From Candidatus Sysuimicrobiota bacterium (GTDB lineage: Bacteria; Sysuimicrobiota; Sysuimicrobiia; Sysuimicrobiales; Sysuimicrobiaceae): a stretch of DNA of 64,000 nucleotides. The notes under the pieces were generated by a model. That model worked only from the letters and a program-made list of their open reading frames with translations. It made no database searches and was not told the DNA's origin. This document shows positions 55,288-61,912 of this stretch, piece after piece. Position 1 is the first letter of the stretch. Each line of letters starts with the position of its first letter. The DNA lies in NCBI GenBank assembly GCA_040289515.1, contig PSLI01000007.1:29-64028 (forward strand). The letters run 5' to 3'. The position numbers and the translations under genes were made by a program.

Positions 55288-56073
55288 TCAGGCCTCCTCC
55301 CCCCGCCGCCGGTACGCGCCCATGAGGGTGAGCCCTCCGTCCACCACCAGGGTCTGACCCACGATCCACTCCGCATCCTCCGAGCACAGGAAAGCCACCA
55401 CCTTCGCGATGTCCTCCGGCGTTCCCAGCCGGCCCTTGGGGGTTGACAACCGGGTGGCCCGGTCGAAGGTCTCCCGATCCCCCTGCGCGTACACGTCCAG
55501 GGACTCCGTGTCCACCGCGCCCGGGCTCACCACGTTCACGTTGATGCCCAAAGGAGCGGCTTCCACCGCCAGGTACCGGGCGAGGGTCTCCACCGAGGCC
55601 TTGGCGCCGGCCAGGAGGGCGTAGTCGGGCAAATACCGCTGCGTGGGAAAACCGGAGATGGCCACGATGCGGCCCCTTCGGCCACGCATGAGCCGCATTG
55701 CCTCCTGGGCGGCCTGCACGAACCCAAACACGTTCAGCTGGTAGGTGCGGACCAGGTGGTGGGCTCGGATGGCCTCAAAGGGGCGGAAGGCCGTGGCCGC
55801 CGCGTTGGCCACGAAGATGTCCAGGTATCCGAAGCGCTCCTCCACCGCGCGGAACAGGGCCGAGATTTCCTCCGGGCGCTCCAGGTCCGCGGGCAACGCC
55901 TCCACCCGGCGCCCCATGCCGCGGATAGCCTCCGCCACCTCCCAGGCCTGATCCTCCCGTCGGCGGTAGTGCACCACCACGTCCGCACCACGCTCCGCCA
56001 GGACCAGGGCCGTAGCGCGGCCGATGCCGCGGGACGCACCCGTGACCAGGGCCACCTTCCCGTGCAGGCTCAC
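55288..56073 (-). CDS. SDR-family reductase (FabL/enoyl-reductase-like)
   Basis: GTG 56073 after GGAGGGAGG. VALVTGASRGIGRA; the YxxxK-type region YALLAGAKAS; VNVVSPGAVDT. Confidence 0.8.
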   Translation of the reverse strand: MSLHGKVALVTGASRGIGRATALVLAERGADVVVHYRRREDQAWEVAEAIRGMGRRVEALPADLERPEEISALFRAVEERFGYLDIFVANAAATAFRPFEAIRAHHLVRTYQLNVFGFVQAAQEAMRLMRGRRGRIVAISGFPTQRYLPDYALLAGAKASVETLARYLAVEAAPLGINVNVVSPGAVDTESLDVYAQGDRETFDRATRLSTPKGRLGTPEDIAKVVAFLCSEDAEWIVGQTLVVDGGLTLMGAYRRRGEEA

Positions 56074-57125
56074 GATCCTCCCTCCGGACTCACCACGTAG
56101 CGTACCGCCTCCGGCGGCCGCGCCCGCAGGGTTGCGATGGCTTCGTGGATGGCCACCAGGGGCCAGACGCGGGTCACGCTGCGACTCAGGTCCAGGCGCC
56201 CGGAAGCCGCCAGGTTCGTAACGGTGAGGATCTCGTGCGGGGTGGCCCCGAAAGCGGAGCGGATCTCGATCTCCCGGCGCACCAGGTACGAGGAACCCGG
56301 CAGGACCAATGGTTCGTCCGAGACCCCCACCAGGACCACCCGGCCACCGATGCGGGTGGCGCCCACGGCCACCCGTACCGTTTCCGGGTGCGACACGAAG
56401 TCCACGGTGAGGTCCGCGCCCCGCCCCTCCGTGAGGGCGCGGATCTCCCGCACGGGGTTGTTCTGCCCGTCGGCCACCACCACCTGCACGCCCAGGGGCT
56501 GCAACCGCCGTTCGGTGGCCTGCCGCCGCACCACTACGATCACAGGGTCCCCGCCGAACAGCTTCGCCAGCTGCGCTGCGTGCGTACCCACTCCGCCCGC
56601 GCCGTACACGACCACGCTCTGCCCGGGCTGAAGCTGCCCGCGGGTCATCACCGCGTGGAACGCCGTGGCCACCGCGTCCGGCAGCAGGGCACCCACCGAA
56701 AAGGGCAGCGTCCCGGGCAGGTGGAAGAGGTTTTGCGCCGGCACCAGGATGTACTCCGCCCACCCGCCCGGCCGCGTGAGGCCAATGAGTTCCGGGGCGC
56801 GGCACGCGGTTTGCCGGCCGTCCAGGCAGGACCAGCACCGACCGCAGGCCACGTAGGGGTTCACCACCACGCGGTGGCCGGGACGCCAGGGTTCCGCGTC
56901 CTCGCCCGCTTCCACCACCTCCCCCGCCACCTCGTGCCCCAGCACCACGGGCCAGCGCACCTCGGGCGGCAACCGCAAGCCGTCCAGGATCTCCAAGTCC
57001 GTCCCGCAGATCCCCGCGGCCCGCACCCGTACCAGAACCTCCCCCCTGCCCGGTGCGGGGTCTGGCACCCGCTGCAGCCGCAGCTCGCGCCTGGACGAAC
57101 CCTCGTACACGCAGGCCGCCAGCAC
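56070..57125 (-). CDS. Zinc-dependent medium-chain alcohol dehydrogenase/reductase
   Basis: GICGTDLEILDG, GHEVAGEVV, CGRCWSCLDG (structural Zn) and VYGAGGVG Rossmann motif. Confidence 0.85.
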   Translation of the reverse strand: MLAACVYEGSSRRELRLQRVPDPAPGRGEVLVRVRAAGICGTDLEILDGLRLPPEVRWPVVLGHEVAGEVVEAGEDAEPWRPGHRVVVNPYVACGRCWSCLDGRQTACRAPELIGLTRPGGWAEYILVPAQNLFHLPGTLPFSVGALLPDAVATAFHAVMTRGQLQPGQSVVVYGAGGVGTHAAQLAKLFGGDPVIVVVRRQATERRLQPLGVQVVVADGQNNPVREIRALTEGRGADLTVDFVSHPETVRVAVGATRIGGRVVLVGVSDEPLVLPGSSYLVRREIEIRSAFGATPHEILTVTNLAASGRLDLSRSVTRVWPLVAIHEAIATLRARPPEAVRYVVSPEGGS

Positions 57126-57127
57126 GT

Positions 57128-58306
57128 TTACCCCTCGGTGGAGGACAGGCCTCGGGCGATCACCAGCTTCTGGATCTCCGCGGTGCCCTCCTCGAACCAC
57201 AGGGCGCGCGCGTCCCGGTAGATGCGCTCGATGGGGTGGCCCCGCAGGTACCCGATCCCCCCGAAGATGCGCAGCGCCTTGTCCGTCACCCGCCCCACCA
57301 TCTCCAGGCCGAACAGCTTGGCCATAGCTGCAGGCACCGCGCACGGTTGGCCCGCGTCCACCCTGCCCGCCGCCTCCCGGACCAGCAGCCGTGCCGCCTG
57401 CACGTCCACCGCCATCTCCGCCAGGGCGAAGGCAACCGCCTGGCGCTCCATCAGGGGCTTGCCGAAGGTGACCCGCCGCTGCGCGTGCTCCCTGGCCAGA
57501 TCCAGCGCCCGCTGCGCCAAGCCTACGCAGCTGGTGGCGATGGAGATGCGGCTGATGTCCAGGAAGTCACGGAGCACCATGTGGAGCCCCTTGCCCTCCT
57601 CCCCCAGAAGGGCATCCTGCGGAACGCAGCAGTCCTGGAACTCCAGCAGCCCGTGCCCCGTTCCCGCCAGGCCCATGCCCTGGGGCTGGAGGGTGATCCG
57701 CAGGCCGGGGCTGTCCCGCGGAACCAGGAAGGCCGAGATCCCCTGAGCACCCCGCGTGTGGTCCGTGTAGGCCACCACCACGAAGGCGTCCGCCACGTCC
57801 GCGAAGGTGATCAGCCACTTGCGGCCCCGCAGCAGCCACCCGTCCCGAACGCGCTTGGCCTCCGTGCGGATGTCCGTACCGGTGCCCGCATCCGGCTCCG
57901 TGAGGGCAAAGGCCAGCTTCGCCTCCCCCGTGGCCCAACGGCTAAGGTAGCGTTGTTTGTGCTCCTCGGTCCCGTAGCGGTCCAGCAGGCGCCACAAGCC
58001 GTTGTGCACGTGCACGATCATGCGCACCGAGCCGTGGGACTGGGCCACCAGCTCCAACAGAGGGACGTACTCCGTCATGGAAAGCCCCCAGCCCCCGTAC
58101 CGGGGTGGGAGGGTGAGGCGTAGCAGGGACCTGCGCGCGAGCCGTTCCCACAGGGCCAGGGGATGCAGACGCGCCTGCTCGATGTCCTCCGCCGCCTGCT
58201 CCAGCTCCCCCAGAACGAAGGCCCGCAGCTGCTCGCAGTACGCGGATAAGTCCCCAGGGCGCGAAACACCCGCCGCATCGCCGGCCGGAGTGGTGCGAGC
58301 CTGCAT
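57128..58306 (-). CDS. Acyl-CoA dehydrogenase family protein
   Basis: ATG 58306. ALTEPDAGTGTD...IFGGIGYLRGHPIERIYRDARALWFEEGTAEIQKLVIAR. Confidence 0.85.
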   Translation of the reverse strand: MQARTTPAGDAAGVSRPGDLSAYCEQLRAFVLGELEQAAEDIEQARLHPLALWERLARRSLLRLTLPPRYGGWGLSMTEYVPLLELVAQSHGSVRMIVHVHNGLWRLLDRYGTEEHKQRYLSRWATGEAKLAFALTEPDAGTGTDIRTEAKRVRDGWLLRGRKWLITFADVADAFVVVAYTDHTRGAQGISAFLVPRDSPGLRITLQPQGMGLAGTGHGLLEFQDCCVPQDALLGEEGKGLHMVLRDFLDISRISIATSCVGLAQRALDLAREHAQRRVTFGKPLMERQAVAFALAEMAVDVQAARLLVREAAGRVDAGQPCAVPAAMAKLFGLEMVGRVTDKALRIFGGIGYLRGHPIERIYRDARALWFEEGTAEIQKLVIARGLSSTEG

Positions 58307-58607
58307 AGGGCACCTGCCCTGGTGTGTTTGCCTCAGCATAGATTCTGCACCCGTGCGAGGCCTCCTTCTGCCCACGGGGCTTTGACAGGCGCACACACGT
58401 TCGCCTATTCTGGCGCACTACATCCCGGTTGGCCCAGGCCGCTGACCGGAGACGCCCTAGGCTCCCGGTGCCCCATCCCGTCACTGCTTCCCGCCCAGCA
58501 CCTGGGTGATCAGGTATCCCTGCAACAGAAGGGTGATGGCCACCACAGGAGCCAGGGTGATCAGGGGCATGGGGACGGCGGACGGTACGTCAGAATCGCC
58601 GCGCCCC

Positions 58608-58653
58608 CGGTCTGCTGATCAGACCGAGGGCCTGTCCCCATGGGGACAGGCCC
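58608..58653. terminator. Two adjacent GC-rich hairpins (possible terminator downstream of the tRNA pair)
   Basis: CGGTCTG-ctgat-CAGACCG (58608..58626) and the perfect 26-nt palindrome GGGCCTGTCCCCA/TGGGGACAGGCCC (58628..58653). No U-tract follows on either strand. Confidence 0.35.
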
Positions 58654-58814
58654 TGTGGGTCGGGCCCACTCCATGCAGAAGGAGGCGGCCCGGAAGCTGG
58701 ACGCTATCTTCCGGCCGGCGCGATAGGCACACTTTAGGCACACTGGCTGGCCCACCGCCCCCGACCGTGAATCGACCCTGAGGCAGAAACCATCGCTGCT
58801 GCGGGCATTTCAGC

Positions 58815-58890
58815 TGGTGCCTGGGGAGGGAGTCGAACCCCCGACACGGGGATTTTCAGTCCCCTGCTCTACCACCTGAGCTACCCAGGC
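58815..58890 (-). tRNA. tRNA-Phe(GAA) with encoded CCA
   Basis: The reverse complement is GCCTGGGTAGCTCAGGTGGTAGAGCAGGGGACTGAAAATCCCCGTGTCGGGGGTTCGACTCCCTCCCCAGGCACCA. The acceptor GCCTGGG pairs with CCCAGGC and the anticodon loop is CT-GAA-AA. Confidence 0.9.
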
Positions 58891-58894
58891 CTTC

Positions 58895-58972
58895 TGGCGG
58901 GAGCGACGGGATTTGAACCCGCGATCTCCGGCGTGACAGGCCGGTGTGTTAACCTGGCTACACCACGCCCCC
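58895..58972 (-). tRNA. tRNA-Asp(GTC) with encoded CCA
   Basis: The reverse complement is GGGGGCGTGGTGTAGCCAGGTTAACACACCGGCCTGTCACGCCGGAGATCGCGGGTTCAAATCCCGTCGCTCCCGCCA. The anticodon loop is CT-GTC-AC. Confidence 0.88.
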
Positions 58973-58988
58973 GCTCCCGCCGAACCGT

Positions 58989-59017
58989 AGTCTACGGGTT
59001 TCCCCGCAGGAGGGCAA
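58989..59017 (-). promoter_or_regulatory. sigma70-type promoter of the tRNA-Asp/tRNA-Phe pair
   Basis: The minus strand reads TTGCCC, 17 nt, TAGACT. The -10 element ends 16 nt before the tRNA-Asp 5' end. Confidence 0.55.
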
Positions 59018-59077
59018 GGTGCGCCGGTGGCCCTGCCAGGGTACTATTCTTCCCGGACATCCGCCGAGGAGGACCGC

Positions 59078-60430
59078 ATGCCGCGCGCAAGCCGGGAGTT
59101 CGTCACTCCGGACACCGTGGGTCTTCTGGTGGACCTGTACGAGCTCACCATGGCCCAATGCTACCTCCGTGAGGGGAAGAACGAGCGGGCTACCTTTGAC
59201 CTGTTCGTGCGCGCTCTGCCGCCCCACCGGGCCTTCCTGCTTCACGCGGGGTTAGACACGGTGCTGGATTACCTGGAGGGCCTGCGGTTCGGCCCAGAGG
59301 CGTTGGACTACCTGCGTAGTTTGGACCTGTTCGACGAGGAGTTCCTGGATTACCTGCGACGGTTCCGGTTTACGGGGGACGTGCGGGCCCTACCGGAGGG
59401 GGAGGTGTTCTTCCCGTCCGAGCCCGTGCTGCAGGTGAGCGCGCCCCGCATCGAGGCCCAGATCGTGGAGACCTTCCTGCTCAACCAGGTGAACTTCCAG
59501 GTCATGGTGGCCAGCAAGGCAGCCCGGGTGGTGCTGGCGGCCCGGGGGCGGCCCGTGGTGGATTTCAGCCCCCGCAGGGATCACGGCACGGACGCGGCCC
59601 TCAAGGCCGCCCGGAGCAGCTACCTGGCCGGCTGCGCGGGCACCTCCAACGTGCTGGCAGGGATGGCGTACGGGATCCCCGTATACGGGACCATGGCCCA
59701 CTCCTACGTCATGTCCTTCGAAAGCGAACTGGAAGCCTTTCGGGCCTACGCCCGCCACTTCCCCGACCAGTGCGTGCTGCTCATCGACACCTACGACACC
59801 CTGGAGGGGGCACGCCTGGCCGCCCGGGTGGCGGAGGAGCTGCGCCAGGCAGGGCACCGCCTGCGGGCAGTGCGCATCGACAGCGGCGACCTTTTGGAGC
59901 TGAGCCGTCAGGTGCGCCGGATCCTGGACGAAGCGGGTCACCCGGAGGTCCAGATCCTGGCCAGCGGTGATTTGAACGAGTACCGCATCGCGGAGTTGGT
60001 GGACGCTGGCGCCCCCATCGACGTCTTTGGCGTGGGCACGGAGATGGGTACGTCGTACGACGCCCCGGCCCTGGGCGGAGTGTACAAGCTGGTAGAGGAC
60101 CAGAGCGGCTACCGGATCAAGCGCAGCACCGGCAAGGTCACCCTGCCCGGCCGCAAGCAGGTCTGGCGGGTTTGCCGGGACGGGGTCATGCAGGAGGATG
60201 TCATTACCCTGGCGGAGGAACCCGGCCCGCCTGGCGCGGAACCTCTTCTGGTGGAGGTTATGACAGGCGGCGTACGGTCCGTGCGGGAGAGCCTGGCACA
60301 GGCCAGGGCCCGGGCACAGCGGCGTCTGGCCACCCTACCGGATGCCCTGCAGGACCTACGGGACGGCGCCTACCCCGTGCGCCTGGGTCCTCAGCTGGAG
60401 TCCCTGTTCCACCGCATGGCCTCCGCATAG
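59078..60430 (+). CDS. pncB: Nicotinate phosphoribosyltransferase
   Basis: ATG 59078 after GAGGAGG. LVDLYELTMAQCYL...GTMAHSYVMSF...IRIDSGDL motifs. Confidence 0.9.
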   Translation: MPRASREFVTPDTVGLLVDLYELTMAQCYLREGKNERATFDLFVRALPPHRAFLLHAGLDTVLDYLEGLRFGPEALDYLRSLDLFDEEFLDYLRRFRFTGDVRALPEGEVFFPSEPVLQVSAPRIEAQIVETFLLNQVNFQVMVASKAARVVLAARGRPVVDFSPRRDHGTDAALKAARSSYLAGCAGTSNVLAGMAYGIPVYGTMAHSYVMSFESELEAFRAYARHFPDQCVLLIDTYDTLEGARLAARVAEELRQAGHRLRAVRIDSGDLLELSRQVRRILDEAGHPEVQILASGDLNEYRIAELVDAGAPIDVFGVGTEMGTSYDAPALGGVYKLVEDQSGYRIKRSTGKVTLPGRKQVWRVCRDGVMQEDVITLAEEPGPPGAEPLLVEVMTGGVRSVRESLAQARARAQRRLATLPDALQDLRDGAYPVRLGPQLESLFHRMASA

Positions 60431-60443
60431 CCGGGCGCCTCCC

Positions 60444-60944
60444 TCACTGGAAGCGGACGCGGATCCGGTCCCGGTCCTGGGGATAGTAACGCAGGAACTC
60501 CTCCACGGGCAGCTCCCGGTCGTTCACCCACACCCGCAGCCGCCCCGGCGTCTGGCCGCAGCGGTCCCCATCACGGAATCGGCGCCCATCCGGCAGGACG
60601 ATCTCCCCCGGCCCCAGGGAAACACCCATGGACCGGAAGAAGGTGGCCAGGGTGGCTTCACGGCCTTCCTCGTCCGTCTCTGGATGTACGTGGATGACCC
60701 CGTCCCCGTGGGTGTGCACGTTCCCCGGGCTTGGGGGGAACGCCAGGGCCCGGCCGCACACCTCCACGGTAAAGGACGCATGCCAGTGGGCGCCTGCCCG
60801 GGGGTATGGGGGCCGGGAGCGGATACCGTACGCCACCACCGCTACCCCCAGCACCACCACGGCGCCGAACGCCCAGGGCCACAGCCGATCAATTGGCCTG
60901 CGGGCGGCCCGTCTGGCCTGCTGGTGATCCCTTCGCTTTGCCAC
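60444..60944 (-). CDS. Membrane-anchored hypothetical protein with His-rich motif
   Basis: A basic N-terminus and one TM helix, then HWHASFTVEVCG...NVHTHGDGVIHVHPE. I recognise no named family. Confidence 0.5.
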   Translation of the reverse strand: MAKRRDHQQARRAARRPIDRLWPWAFGAVVVLGVAVVAYGIRSRPPYPRAGAHWHASFTVEVCGRALAFPPSPGNVHTHGDGVIHVHPETDEEGREATLATFFRSMGVSLGPGEIVLPDGRRFRDGDRCGQTPGRLRVWVNDRELPVEEFLRYYPQDRDRIRVRFQ

Positions 60945-60956
60945 GGCGTCCGGCTC

Positions 60957-61268
60957 CTACACGGGGTACCCCATGCTCTGCAACGCCAGCCGCCCCTCCT
61001 CCGTGAGGCGTTCCGGGGTCCACGGGGGCGAGAACACGATGTCCACCTCCACCTCCTCCACTCCCGGCAGCTGTCCCACCTTCCACCGGATCTCCTCCGC
61101 CAGCACGGGACCGATGGGGCAGCCCAGGGCGGTGAGGGTCATCTTGATGTACACCTTCCCGTCCTCCTGCGAGATGTCGTAAATCAGACCCAGGTCCCAG
61201 ATGTTCACGGGGATCTCCGGGTCGTAGCAGGTCTTGAGGACCTCCACGATCTCCTCTCGCGTGGCCAT
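60957..61268 (-). CDS. DUF59/SufT (MIP18)-family Fe-S assembly protein
   Basis: ATG 61268. MATREEIVEVLKTCYDPEIPVNIWDLGLIY...TLTALGCPIG...SPPWTPE. Confidence 0.85.
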   Translation of the reverse strand: MATREEIVEVLKTCYDPEIPVNIWDLGLIYDISQEDGKVYIKMTLTALGCPIGPVLAEEIRWKVGQLPGVEEVEVDIVFSPPWTPERLTEEGRLALQSMGYPV

Positions 61269-61345
61269 ACCGACCCCCTCACGCAACCTGACTTTTAGCC
61301 TAGCACAGCCTGCCGCTGCCCTGGCGGTCACGGTATCATCGGGAC

Positions 61346-61912
61346 GTGCGCCGCTTTCACCAGGGCTGCGCCGTGGTACTGGGGTACGACGAGACCGCCT
61401 TTCCCCCGGAGGCGGTCCGCCGGGTGTGGGCTGCCTGGCAGGCCCTGCTCCCCACGCGCACCCTGCGGTTCGGTCGACAGGACGCGGCGGCTCCCGCCTC
61501 CGTGCTGGTAAGCCTGGACTCGTACGGGCAGCCTTCCCAGCTGCAGGAGGCCCTGGAATTTTTGCGCTCCGAGGCGGCTTGTGCCGCCCGCGAGAGCTTG
61601 CAGGAGCTGTTCGCCGCGTGCACCAAGCCGCCCGCGGAGTTCCAGTTTCGCTGCGACGTCGGTGGGGCCATGGTGCGGGGTCGGTTCGTGCCCGAAAACC
61701 CCGAGCATGTGAGCGCTGCCCCTCGCACTTTGTGGGACCTGGCGCGCGACCTGAAACAGGCAGGGCTGCCCGACGGGGTGACCGTGGTGGTGGCGGCCTA
61801 CCGGGGAGGGTGGAAGCTACAACGGACCCACGGATTTCACGCGGACACAGGTCGCTTGGAGGTGTTCCGGTACTGCCACGGGCGCTGGGAACGGGAGGGC
61901 CAGCCCGCGTGA
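61346..61912 (+). CDS. Hypothetical protein
   Basis: 188-aa ORF with coding-like G/C third positions. Its stop overlaps the start of the UPF0182 gene (GTGA). No recognisable motif. Confidence 0.45.
   Translation: MRRFHQGCAVVLGYDETAFPPEAVRRVWAAWQALLPTRTLRFGRQDAAAPASVLVSLDSYGQPSQLQEALEFLRSEAACAARESLQELFAACTKPPAEFQFRCDVGGAMVRGRFVPENPEHVSAAPRTLWDLARDLKQAGLPDGVTVVVAAYRGGWKLQRTHGFHADTGRLEVFRYCHGRWEREGQPA

Noticed and set aside
58481-58570. 29-codon hydrophobic ORF as a bona fide gene (KdpF- or CydX-like small membrane protein)
   Set aside because: There is no Shine-Dalgarno sequence, no adjacent kdp or cyd genes, and no way to test conservation here. It is kept only as part of the intergenic-region finding.
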